Below are positions 20,844 through 30,376 of a stretch of 64,000 nt of DNA, piece after piece. Under the pieces are notes generated by a model, which was not told the DNA's origin, made no database searches, and saw only the letters and a list, made by a program, of their open reading frames with translations. Every line of letters begins with the position of its first letter. The first letter of the stretch is position 1. The DNA is from Candidatus Obscuribacteraceae bacterium (lineage in GTDB: Bacteria > Cyanobacteriota > Vampirovibrionia > Obscuribacterales > Obscuribacteraceae): positions 947,435-1,011,434 of the forward strand of contig JBGAHS010000002.1 of the NCBI GenBank assembly GCA_044226015.1. Reading direction: 5' to 3'. Made by a program: the position numbers and the translations under genes.

Positions 20844-22178
20844 ATGGGACACGGACATCACGAACTGGTTGAGAAAAATAGCGACTCCAAGGTCAGCGGG
20901 TCATCACTGGCAAAGACAGTAAACGCTGCCGATGAATCATTCAATGACTTATTCAAGAAAGCAACCAATGCTGTTGAGCAAATTCCAATTGCGATGATTA
21001 CAGGAAATATGACAGGCATCACGAAGGCTCTTGAAAGTGGAGGAAAGGTTGCTTCTGACGCGATCCTAGTGTCAACCAATGGTTTATTCACTGACTCAAG
21101 ACTGATGGAAGGTCTTATGCAAGGTTTGACAAAAGCGCTTCACGACAACGAAGTTGCAGAGCACCGTCAACATAAGATTGCCGAGAAAGCGCTTCACGAC
21201 CCAAAAACTCAGCAAGTTCGAGAAATACATAATGGTCAAGCCGTCGAGACAGTTGTTGTTGAAAAGAAAGATGGCTCAGTGCAAACATTCAAACCAGATG
21301 GAACGAAAATCGTCGAAACAGCAGACGGTACAAAAACTACCGAGTACCCCAAAGATGTTGATGGGACCGTAGCGAAGGTCATTGAAAAGTCTAACGGGGA
21401 GAAGGAAACGATTAATCGTGACGGCTCAAAGGTTTATGAATCTCCTGAACTTCAAGGAAAGAAAATCAAAGTAGATAGAGATGGCACCGAAACCGAAATT
21501 CGCCCTAATGGCACGCAAATCATCACCAGACCGGACGGAACACAAACAAAAATTACTGCCGATGGTACAAAGCTAACCCGCAAGCCAGATGGAGAAGAAA
21601 TACTGGAAAAGCCTAACGGTGACCGGGTTGTAACTCGTCCTGAAATGATAGAAGATGACGGTACGAAAGTATGGACAAAAGACAATGGCACCGAAGTTCG
21701 TGAAGGCAAAGACGGTAGCAGAACAACCATCTACCCCGAATCTGTCAACAAGAACGTGGAGTCGATAAAGGTCAGCAAGAACGGCGACGTAGAACAGCAC
21801 CTCAGAGATGGCTCAGTCATCAAAATGGACCACAAAGGTGGAATGGAAATCACAAATAAAGATGGCAGCACATCAAAGTTCAAAGCAAACGGTGATATCG
21901 AAGTACATGACGCTCACGGCAACGGCTTCAAAATGCACAAAGGGGTCATGACCGTCGACTCAGGAGATCTGAGCACAACGTACCACAGCAAAGGTGTCAC
22001 AGAGATAAGAGACCACAAAACGGGCGATCGCACCATCAAGACCTCAGACGGAAAAGAAATGGTCATACACAAAGATGGCACGGTCGAAGAGCGCGGCAAG
22101 AAAGACGAAGACCTCGGCGGCACTCTAGTAAAAATCGCCAACAAGGCAGCAGAACGAATTATGCGCGGCGGCTTCTAG
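20844..22178 (+). CDS. Beta-hairpin repeat protein (xxDGT/DGS repeats, Tcp10_C-like)
   Basis: More than 20 short (P/K/R)DG(T/S) turns at roughly 9-residue spacing; AAGGA RBS. Confidence 0.75.
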   Translation: MGHGHHELVEKNSDSKVSGSSLAKTVNAADESFNDLFKKATNAVEQIPIAMITGNMTGITKALESGGKVASDAILVSTNGLFTDSRLMEGLMQGLTKALHDNEVAEHRQHKIAEKALHDPKTQQVREIHNGQAVETVVVEKKDGSVQTFKPDGTKIVETADGTKTTEYPKDVDGTVAKVIEKSNGEKETINRDGSKVYESPELQGKKIKVDRDGTETEIRPNGTQIITRPDGTQTKITADGTKLTRKPDGEEILEKPNGDRVVTRPEMIEDDGTKVWTKDNGTEVREGKDGSRTTIYPESVNKNVESIKVSKNGDVEQHLRDGSVIKMDHKGGMEITNKDGSTSKFKANGDIEVHDAHGNGFKMHKGVMTVDSGDLSTTYHSKGVTEIRDHKTGDRTIKTSDGKEMVIHKDGTVEERGKKDEDLGGTLVKIANKAAERIMRGGF

Positions 22179-23334
22179 CGCGTACTTCACAGGCTTGAGC
22201 AATATCATATTGCTTGCGGTAGAGAGACTCATACATTGGCACCAACCTATCGGCGGAGAAGAAATTCTCCGCCCTGATTTTTCCGTTTTTGCCAAGGCGC
22301 TCACGTAATTCTTTATCGCTAATGAGCCTCTCTACTTGCCTTGCAAGTGCATCAGCATCCCCAAAATCGACAAGAAGCCCACACTTATTCTCTATCATAA
22401 GCTCAGGAATGCCACCAACCCTGGTAGCAACACTTGGACAGCCAAATGACATAGCTTCCAATATGCTCAGACAGAAACTCTCTGATTCTGAGGTAAAAAG
22501 TCCAATATCAGCAGCTTGCATATAGCTTTCTACTTCAGGAACACTTTCTCGGACAATAATGCGATCTTGCAATCCTAGCCGCTGCACCATTTCCACATAA
22601 GGCGAAAAACTGCCGCCAGCCACAATGACCAATCTGAATGAATCAGATGGGCGAATTCTTGCGACTGTCTCTAGAAGCAGATCTATGCGCTTGACTGGTC
22701 TCAGGTTAGAGGTGTGAACAAGCATGACCTGATCGTCCCTGATACCTAGCTCTGCACGCAAGGACTCACGCGATTGCAGCGGTACGCCTCGTTCGTAGAA
22801 ATTATGAATGACCTCGATTGGACCATCGAACCCAATTACTCTTCTTGTTTCGTTCTTCAAAAACTCAGATACGGTCGTCACTTCATCCGAGTGCGTCAAT
22901 GCATGATGAATAGCAGGACCGTAACCGGGGTCACTTCCCAGTAGCGTAGTGTCCGTACCGTGCAAAGTAGTCACAATTCTGGGTTGCTCGTGTGGAGCCA
23001 GCATACAATGCGCAAGAATAGCGGCAGTTGCGTGTGGCACCGCGTAGTGAACATGCAAGACATCTAATTGATAATTTCGACTGACTTCGGCCATCTTTAC
23101 GGACAGAGGCAAAGTATAGTCAGGATATTTGAACAACCCGTAGGTATTGATAGCAACGGGATGAAAATGAATCCTTTCTGCTTTTTCAGGCAAGCGAAAC
23201 GGGCGGTCATAACTAATGAAATGAACCTCATGACCGCGCTTTGCCAGTTCAATACCCAAAAGCGTTGCGACAACGCCACTACCACCTATTGATGGATAAC
23301 AGCTCATACCAATTCTCAAAGGGCAATTTGACAT
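22159..23334 (-). CDS. bshA: N-acetyl-alpha-D-glucosaminyl L-malate synthase (GT4)
   Basis: CYPSIGGSGVVAT, FKYPDYTLPL, HVHYAVPHA, TTLHGTD, SNLRPVKR and ESF motifs typical of BshA. Confidence 0.93.
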   Translation of the reverse strand: MSNCPLRIGMSCYPSIGGSGVVATLLGIELAKRGHEVHFISYDRPFRLPEKAERIHFHPVAINTYGLFKYPDYTLPLSVKMAEVSRNYQLDVLHVHYAVPHATAAILAHCMLAPHEQPRIVTTLHGTDTTLLGSDPGYGPAIHHALTHSDEVTTVSEFLKNETRRVIGFDGPIEVIHNFYERGVPLQSRESLRAELGIRDDQVMLVHTSNLRPVKRIDLLLETVARIRPSDSFRLVIVAGGSFSPYVEMVQRLGLQDRIIVRESVPEVESYMQAADIGLFTSESESFCLSILEAMSFGCPSVATRVGGIPELMIENKCGLLVDFGDADALARQVERLISDKELRERLGKNGKIRAENFFSADRLVPMYESLYRKQYDIAQACEVRARSRRA

Positions 23335-24050
23335 TAATACTGACGCGCTCCTCTGCCTGCACCGTCAAGCGATTCAAAAATGAGTGGGTCATTCGAATAC
23401 AAAGCCATTGCGTATTGAACACCAGCACGCTCTCCCCAAACTCGGGCGCGCGCTAACTGCAGTTCGACATAATTACGAGAAGACGTTTGGGTCAAATGCG
23501 CTTGCATTGCTTCTGTCCAGCTCTGCACAATTTCCGCATTTGAAATGTCAAACAGACTAGGCGACACACCTTCCGGTTCTCCCTCAGGAGTAACAGCATA
23601 ATAAAATAGCTGACGAATCGAATGTGCATTCGAACCTTTCAATTCTTTGAGTCCACCATAACGAGCTAAGCGGCAAGCATCACGAACTAGAAGCCCAAGA
23701 CGAGAATGATCAGGATGTTGATTTGGTGCATGACTCGGCGCAAGAATACTGGATGGTCGTATTCTCCTGATGATCTCAGCAATCTTGATTGCATGTTCAA
23801 CCTTTACTTCTAAATGAGCATCACCGTCTAGTTCAAAAAACTCGATTTCAGCACCCAAAATTCTTGCAGCATTTCGGGCCTCTTGCTCACGCTGTTCTGG
23901 CGAACCATGGGTGCCCGTCTCACCCCGAGAGCAGACATAGAGATGTACCTTTCTGCCCCGTTTTGACTCCAGAGCTACAATGCCACCGCAACCAAACTCA
24001 ATATCGTCGGGATGAGCACCAAACACGAGCAATGGGTCGCTATCAAACAT
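23334..24050 (-). CDS. bshB1: PIG-L family deacetylase, bacillithiol biosynthesis BshB1-like
   Basis: GAHPDDIE, SRGETGTHG, HPDH; TAATG coupling to bshA. Confidence 0.85.
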   Translation of the reverse strand: MFDSDPLLVFGAHPDDIEFGCGGIVALESKRGRKVHLYVCSRGETGTHGSPEQREQEARNAARILGAEIEFFELDGDAHLEVKVEHAIKIAEIIRRIRPSSILAPSHAPNQHPDHSRLGLLVRDACRLARYGGLKELKGSNAHSIRQLFYYAVTPEGEPEGVSPSLFDISNAEIVQSWTEAMQAHLTQTSSRNYVELQLARARVWGERAGVQYAMALYSNDPLIFESLDGAGRGARQY

Positions 24051-24813
24051 CGATGTATGCCTCGTCAGATCGCTCTATTTCCTCACGGGTAACATACTGT
24101 ATTTCAGGAGCATCTTCTTTGCGCAAATAGTTCGCCTCTCCAGCGCCAGTGACGTAATGAGTGCAGTGTATTACGGACTGCATCCATTTCAAGCGACTGT
24201 CTCTCGTGGGACTGATTTGCCTTTTCTCAAACTTCACAGCAGGCACATCCACATAAACATCGCCACCTTCGTGAAGCTTGAAGGAACCGTCAGTAGCGTG
24301 TCGGGCACGAACAATCTCGCCGTCTTTTTCAATATCTACAAAAAACTCGTCAACATCACAGGCAGATTCACGAACTTCAGTATCACTAGACCTGAGCACT
24401 CTTACACCATCAAGAAGCCCCATCTTCGCGTACATTTCAAGACAGAACTCAGAAACAGTATTGCCCTGCGTCTCTTTGAACATGTTGATCAATTTGTGCT
24501 CAACATAATTCGGCAACTGTCCCGTGGTCTTGTTTTGCCAACCTTCAGGAATTCGCTTGGCATACAAAGGCGAGAATTTGCGTTGAAGCTTATTTTCAAA
24601 AGTGAAATTGAGCATAGCTGGCTCATTTGTTTTGCGATGTCGAACAACCGTTCTGGTCTCCCGGGGGTCATGATCACTATCATGATAAAAGAAAACTATC
24701 TCGCCCCCGATTTCTTGCTGAAGCTTTCGTGCTGTGAAAATTTTGGCAACGAGAAACCTCTTCGGAAAAAAGCCTGAGGGTTGCTGACCAAAACAAATGA
24801 TTGGAGAACTCAT
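24043..24813 (-). CDS. Compact BshC-like protein (putative cysteine-adding enzyme)
   Basis: GQQ, VFFYHDSDHD, SPTRDSR and YVTGAGEANY match the order of BshC motifs; adjacent to bshB1/bshA; only 256 aa. Confidence 0.65.
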   Translation of the reverse strand: MSSPIICFGQQPSGFFPKRFLVAKIFTARKLQQEIGGEIVFFYHDSDHDPRETRTVVRHRKTNEPAMLNFTFENKLQRKFSPLYAKRIPEGWQNKTTGQLPNYVEHKLINMFKETQGNTVSEFCLEMYAKMGLLDGVRVLRSSDTEVRESACDVDEFFVDIEKDGEIVRARHATDGSFKLHEGGDVYVDVPAVKFEKRQISPTRDSRLKWMQSVIHCTHYVTGAGEANYLRKEDAPEIQYVTREEIERSDEAYIDV

Positions 24814-26519
24814 TCGCTAATAACCCTTCCGCCATTACTTCTATCACCAATTGCCATTTGGAGTATCCAACTTAATACCACACAAATAGCGCAGCCAATA
24901 AGAGGATACCAGAGGTATGAGATGCTCAGAGTGAAATAAAGAATGAAAACAATTGATTGAGCAATCAATGCAGCCCAAAAGATAGCATTGCCACCAATTC
25001 TGCGGAAGAAGAATGCTACGACAAAAAGACCCAACATAACGCCATAAAAAATTGAACCAAGAATATTCACGGCTTGAATGAGGTTCTCAACAAGATTCGC
25101 ATAAAGCGCAAAAATTATCGCGAGCACTCCCCACAGGGCAGTAAAAATTCGCGTAACTCGCACGTAAGTGGCATCATTTTCTTTTGGGTTGAAATGCTTG
25201 TATATGTCGATGCTGGTGCTTGCTCCAAGAGCATTTAGCTCAGCAGCCTTTGATGATAATGCAGCGGCAAAAAATGCGGCGATCAAAAGGCCTATGACTC
25301 CGTGTGGCAATTGCTGCAATATGAATGTGATGAACACATAATCGGCATCATTTGCTTTTGCACCAGCTGTCTTACTGGAAATGATCTTAGAAGCTTCCGC
25401 TTTTATTGCGTTTGCTTTTTCTTGCGATTCCAACGCAAGAGCGAAGGACTTTTTCTCAGCTTCGAGATTCGATTCTTTGCGAGCTGCCACCCAATCTTGC
25501 AGGTTCAGCTTCAAGTCCTTGCGATTCTTCTTATAGCTCTGGTCCAAATTACCCAACTGCGGGTCTGCTGCATTTGCATCCATGAATCTCCTTGATGATG
25601 ACTCGAAGAACATCGGAGCTTCGTTAAACTGATAAAAAACGAACATCAAAACGCCAAGCATCAAAATAAAAAACTGCATCGGAATTTTGCATACTGCATT
25701 GAACAAAAGTCCCAGTCGACTTTCTCTCAAAGATGATCCCGAAATATATCTCTGCACCTGAGACTGATCCGTCCCAAAGTAGGAAAGCATTAGAAAGGTA
25801 CCACCAAGAAGTCCAGACCAAAAGGTATAGCGTTCTTGCAGATTCGGGTAAAAATTCACTGCATTCAATTTATGCATGCCGCCAGCCAGCGCGAGGGTTC
25901 CACCAAGGTCAAGCCCCGTCGGCATTTTAGAAATCAAAAGACAAGCAGCACTAATCATTCCTGCAAAAATGATCAGTAGTTGATACCGCTGCGTCACCGT
26001 AACTGCCTCGCACCCGCCCATGACTGTATAGGCGATAACAAGAAGCCCACAGCTAATAATCGTGGGGTTCAAGGGCCATCCAAAGACCGTTGTCAAAACG
26101 ATTGCCGGTGCATAAATTGTCAGCCCAGCACCAAGTCCCCGTTGCAAAAGAAACAGAACTGCACCGAGCAATCTCGTCTTAAAGTCAAAGCGTTTCTCCA
26201 GGTATTCATACGCAGTGTAGACATTCATTTTCCGAAACTTGGGGAGAAAAAATACCGAGATGATTATCAGCGCGAGAGGCACGCCAAAATAAATCTGAAT
26301 AAAGCTCAGCCCACCAAGATAGCCCTGACCAGGAGTGGAAAGAAAGGTAATAGCACTTGCTTGTGTCGCCATCACGGAAAGCCCGATTGCGTACCACGGA
26401 GTTTGGCTGCTACCTTTTAGATAACTGTTCAAATCACCAGGGTGGCGGGTTCTCCACATTGCGTAAGCCGCAATGCCAACTATAGTTCCAATCAAGACAA
26501 CATAGTCCAACGTGTTCAT
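24810..26519 (-). CDS. Sodium:solute symporter family protein
   Basis: LSVMATQASAITFLSTPGQ, TAYEYLEKRF, YFGTDQSQVQRY, about 13 TM segments; start moved to ATG 26519. Confidence 0.93.
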   Translation of the reverse strand: MNTLDYVVLIGTIVGIAAYAMWRTRHPGDLNSYLKGSSQTPWYAIGLSVMATQASAITFLSTPGQGYLGGLSFIQIYFGVPLALIIISVFFLPKFRKMNVYTAYEYLEKRFDFKTRLLGAVLFLLQRGLGAGLTIYAPAIVLTTVFGWPLNPTIISCGLLVIAYTVMGGCEAVTVTQRYQLLIIFAGMISAACLLISKMPTGLDLGGTLALAGGMHKLNAVNFYPNLQERYTFWSGLLGGTFLMLSYFGTDQSQVQRYISGSSLRESRLGLLFNAVCKIPMQFFILMLGVLMFVFYQFNEAPMFFESSSRRFMDANAADPQLGNLDQSYKKNRKDLKLNLQDWVAARKESNLEAEKKSFALALESQEKANAIKAEASKIISSKTAGAKANDADYVFITFILQQLPHGVIGLLIAAFFAAALSSKAAELNALGASTSIDIYKHFNPKENDATYVRVTRIFTALWGVLAIIFALYANLVENLIQAVNILGSIFYGVMLGLFVVAFFFRRIGGNAIFWAALIAQSIVFILYFTLSISYLWYPLIGCAICVVLSWILQMAIGDRSNGGRVISE

Positions 26520-26662
26520 GAATAGAACTCCGTCAGTAATATCAGCAAACTGATCCACAGAATGAAAGCAAGAAACACAAAGCCATATACTGCTTTCCAG
26601 GTCTTTAGCAAAGGCAGTCCCGGGTTTTCATTCTCATCCAAAGTACTGCCCTCACTCTTCAC
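26516..26662 (-). CDS. 48-aa single-TM peptide, probable symporter accessory subunit (below the ORF-track cutoff)
   Basis: Hand-translated MKSEGSTLDENENPGLPLLKTWKAVYGFVFLAFILWISLLILLTEFYS; GTGA overlap with the upstream stop and ATGA overlap with the symporter start. Confidence 0.8.
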   Translation of the reverse strand: MKSEGSTLDENENPGLPLLKTWKAVYGFVFLAFILWISLLILLTEFYS

Positions 26663-29208
26663 TTTCCGATCGAAAGCATGTTTGCAAACAGCTTGTAGGC
26701 TCCAGGTACACCAGCGGGAAGTTCTCTGAAGAACACCAAACCGGTGTACATGTAATAACCTTTGCCGTAAGGTGCTATCAGAAGATTGCCTTTGACGGAT
26801 TCCTCGCCGACGTCGTTGCAGGCAAGAATGGCGGTAAAATGGCCGTCATACTTAGCTGGGCAATAAATTGATCGCTCTTGCACCCAACCGTCAAAGTCAC
26901 TCTGTGTAATTTTGTTGGGAAAATTTAAGACCGGATGTTCTGGTGCTAGAAAGGTGATCGGAGCTTTCTCGTCTGTCACGCGAGCTGCAGAAATCTCAAG
27001 GTCATATGGTGCAATTTTCTCCGCTTTGAGGTTATCGGGTCGATTGTATTGAACGATTAAAGTGCCACCATTTTTAACGTATTCGAACAAAATCGGAACA
27101 GCGGCACCAATGTTCTTCTTGACGTTAAAGGCTCTCACTCCGAGAACCACGGCGTCTACACCCTCTAATTGTTGAGCGTTGAGACCTGATTCATCGAGCA
27201 CTTTCACTGTATACCCAATCTCTCCTATGTTCTCAGGCAGACTGTCTCCCGCGCCGGCAATGTACCCCACAGTTTTTCCACGAAAGGCAATATTGGTACT
27301 GACTGCCTTCATCGATGCTTCCGGTTGCAACAATTGAACGGGCAAGTGTTCGTAACTAACTTCTGATCGGTGGTTTCTATAACTGACACCGTTCATGCTC
27401 GCTTCCGCGAGGATTCTAACAGTACCTTCCTTCTTTGGAGAGCTAATGTCGAAACTCAACTTACAAGTGTCGCCCACCTTCTCAAGTCGAAATTCGCGCT
27501 TCGATGGAATTGCCTTCCACCCAGAAGGAAGAACTAATCTTAAGGATCCTGCAGATTGCGAGCGTGAAGCAGTCATCTCAAGCTCGACAGTTCGTGTAGT
27601 ACCTGGCTTAAAGAGCACAACTTCTTTGCTGAAGTTCAAAGAAACTGGTGGTATTACATCAATTCGTCGAGTAATTTCTGCATTGGAAACCTTAGTTGCA
27701 TTGAAAGGCTCAACTTCAATATCGAGCCTGTGGCCCAATACCTCAAAACTGTCCACAACAGGGAAAGCTGCGGTATTTTCCGGGCTACCAATTAGTTCAT
27801 CGTCCTCAACTCCAAACAGCCCCGAAGTACCCTCCTTGCGAAGCCACCAGGGCTGTGAGAAGGCAGTTGAAACTGGAATACTTTCTACGGCTTCAAAACT
27901 GACTTCCTTGTCCCGCTCAAGGACCAGATGTTTCTTCTCCTCTTTATTCAGGCTCGGATACGTCGTCGAAACCCACACAACAGGCAAATCAGCTCGTAGC
28001 AATGCAGTATGAACTATTTTAATTGCCTCACCAGGAACAAAATTCTGTTGAACAGTTTTTGCATTCACTGTCAAACCTATACATTCTTGCAAAATCTTGT
28101 CTAACAACTTGCGTTTTTCAGCGATGATCGAGTCGTTCGATTTTAACGAATCGAGCTCAGTGCGCAAGTCTAAAATTGCAAGTGCGCTAGCAGCAGGGTT
28201 TTTCGCATCAAACTTAGCAATAATCGAATCGATTGCCTGCTGAATCTTATCTCCGCCTGGTACGCGGTGCCAGGTGGTGTCGACACCATCCATAATATCA
28301 TTTTGTGCTTGTTCACCATCGAGATTTTGAAAAGATTCCAGGCGCGGACCCGCACTAACATTCTTAAACTGGAATGCATCAAACCCCTGAGTCTTGTGCA
28401 TTGCTCGGCTCTTCGCAGCAATATCCATAAACGTCTCGGCGCTAACAGAATCAATTCCACCTACGTCGATCTTCAACGCATTTACGCCCACGGCTTTATC
28501 TTTTTGGAATGTCGAAATATTCCACATTATTCGTTTCGCCTGCCATGGCGCTAACTTTTGCTCTGGAAATGCCTTGGGGTCCGCAGCAGCCTTGAATGCC
28601 TCCAGGGCAAGCACAGTGGACGCCGTATGGTGCCCATGAGTACCGCCAGGGCTCGGAGAAAAGCGCGTGATGATCACATCAGGTTTGAACTTCCTGATAA
28701 TGCGAACCACATCGGAAAGTACTTCTTGTTTATTCCAAACTTTGAGAGTCTCAGCATAATTTTTCGAGAAACCAAAATCAATCGCGCGCGAAAAGAACTG
28801 TTGTGCACCATCTAACTTTCTTGCTGCAAGAAGTTCTTGGGTACGGGCAACACCGAGCTTCGCGCCCAAATCGGCTCCCAAGACATTCTGCCCACCGTCA
28901 CCACGAGTCAGCGACAAATATGCCGTACGATAATCACGCCCACGAGACAAATAAGTCAGCAACTCGGTGTTTTCGTCATCGGGATGAGCAGCTATGTATA
29001 AAACACTGCCCATTTTTCTAAAGCACTCGAGCTCATGCAAAATGGCGGACTGCCTGCTATGCACAGCCACACTAGTTTCCTGATTCATTTGGGCTCCCAG
29101 AGTCATATTCGACGCGAACGGCGACATGCACAAAAGCGCAGAGACAAGTGCATGCCGCCAGTTAACGCAGACTAGCTTTTTCCATTTAGTGGAGTGATTG
29201 GATTTCAC
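26659..29208 (-). CDS. Exported PIG-L/LmbE family deacetylase with Ig-like and C-terminal glutamine-amidotransferase-like domains
   Basis: Signal-like N-terminus; AAHPDDEN, TRGDGGQN, RTQELLAAR, DFGFSK, HGHH; C-terminal GYIAGAGD, GGTLIVQYN, FFRELPAGVPGAY. Confidence 0.88.
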   Translation of the reverse strand: MKSNHSTKWKKLVCVNWRHALVSALLCMSPFASNMTLGAQMNQETSVAVHSRQSAILHELECFRKMGSVLYIAAHPDDENTELLTYLSRGRDYRTAYLSLTRGDGGQNVLGADLGAKLGVARTQELLAARKLDGAQQFFSRAIDFGFSKNYAETLKVWNKQEVLSDVVRIIRKFKPDVIITRFSPSPGGTHGHHTASTVLALEAFKAAADPKAFPEQKLAPWQAKRIMWNISTFQKDKAVGVNALKIDVGGIDSVSAETFMDIAAKSRAMHKTQGFDAFQFKNVSAGPRLESFQNLDGEQAQNDIMDGVDTTWHRVPGGDKIQQAIDSIIAKFDAKNPAASALAILDLRTELDSLKSNDSIIAEKRKLLDKILQECIGLTVNAKTVQQNFVPGEAIKIVHTALLRADLPVVWVSTTYPSLNKEEKKHLVLERDKEVSFEAVESIPVSTAFSQPWWLRKEGTSGLFGVEDDELIGSPENTAAFPVVDSFEVLGHRLDIEVEPFNATKVSNAEITRRIDVIPPVSLNFSKEVVLFKPGTTRTVELEMTASRSQSAGSLRLVLPSGWKAIPSKREFRLEKVGDTCKLSFDISSPKKEGTVRILAEASMNGVSYRNHRSEVSYEHLPVQLLQPEASMKAVSTNIAFRGKTVGYIAGAGDSLPENIGEIGYTVKVLDESGLNAQQLEGVDAVVLGVRAFNVKKNIGAAVPILFEYVKNGGTLIVQYNRPDNLKAEKIAPYDLEISAARVTDEKAPITFLAPEHPVLNFPNKITQSDFDGWVQERSIYCPAKYDGHFTAILACNDVGEESVKGNLLIAPYGKGYYMYTGLVFFRELPAGVPGAYKLFANMLSIGK

Positions 29209-30065
29209 TTCTTGAGGCTTTTAATTAGGTCAGCATTGAGTTTTACAAAACTGGGGTCACTAGCTTTCTCAGCCAGCTCACTCGACTGCTTTGCGGCCGC
29301 AATCGCACCTTCTTTATCGCCAAGCTTTGCTAGAATCTCGGCTTTCAAATAAACCATATAATGAGCTTCTCGTTCGGCAATTGCTTTGTCAACCCATTCC
29401 TTGGCTTGCTTCAAATCTTGCCCATGATTGTAATAAAACATGGCCGCCTGATAGTACGGCTTTTGCTTCGCATCTGAAGCCATCACTTCTTTGATTTGCG
29501 AAAGAACCTTTTCTGTCACATCAACTTCAATCTTCACTGGTACTCTGGTTTTGTCCCAGCTGAGATCCATCTCGGCTGACTCATCGCGCAAATTATCGAA
29601 GTCGATGGTGAAACTCTCAACAGCCTGAGATAAATTGACCGGCTTAGCTTTAATTCTGGCAAGGTCACCTTTCTCATCGTATTTGTAGGCGCCCCACTGG
29701 TCAGACCCTTTGTTTATGATTACCGTCCATTCGTCCTTTCCAGGAATAGTCATCAAGGCATAGGTTCCTGCCGGTATCTCTGTTCCGTTAAGCTTAACTG
29801 CAGTACTGAAGGTAATCTTCGTAGCTTTGTTAGCCCCGGTTCTCCAGACCTTTCCGTAAGCGATCATGCCACCAAAAATTTCGCGACCTTTTACACTTGG
29901 TCGGGAATACTCGATTTCTACATCGGTTAGTCCAACGCGCTGTTTGATGGTGCAAGCAGGACTTGGAGCAGGAAACTCAACTTTAGGAGCATCCGCGTAG
30001 GCTCCTGCAGCAGAACCAGCGAAGCAACAAAGTGCAAAAGCTAAAGACAAATTCTTTAAGTTCAT
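29205..30065 (-). CDS. DUF2911 domain secreted protein with C-terminal TPR-like helices
   Basis: Signal peptide; PAPSP, YSRPSVKGR.IFG, VWRTGAN, QWGAYKY; start moved to ATG 30065. Confidence 0.88.
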   Translation of the reverse strand: MNLKNLSLAFALCCFAGSAAGAYADAPKVEFPAPSPACTIKQRVGLTDVEIEYSRPSVKGREIFGGMIAYGKVWRTGANKATKITFSTAVKLNGTEIPAGTYALMTIPGKDEWTVIINKGSDQWGAYKYDEKGDLARIKAKPVNLSQAVESFTIDFDNLRDESAEMDLSWDKTRVPVKIEVDVTEKVLSQIKEVMASDAKQKPYYQAAMFYYNHGQDLKQAKEWVDKAIAEREAHYMVYLKAEILAKLGDKEGAIAAAKQSSELAEKASDPSFVKLNADLIKSLKK

Positions 30066-30376
30066 AACTCTTCCTATCTCGTTTCCAATAAAAACGATTG
30101 CCGGTGAACAACAATGAGATAGTACTACCGACATGAGGTACCGATTACACAGTTTTGCTGAAAATTTGCAGAGCATCTAGCGACTTGAATAACTAGTGTG
30201 CTGACAACAAGAAATGATCCTTCTGAGAATTCCCATATTCACTGCCAGCAACAGCATTTAAGAATTGACCATTGATGGGTCTACAAACAATTTTTGAAAA
30301 ACAATTAAACAGAGCAAACTGTCACATTCAGACCTAATACTTCAAAAACAAAGACGGTATCAAAACCTATACCTGC

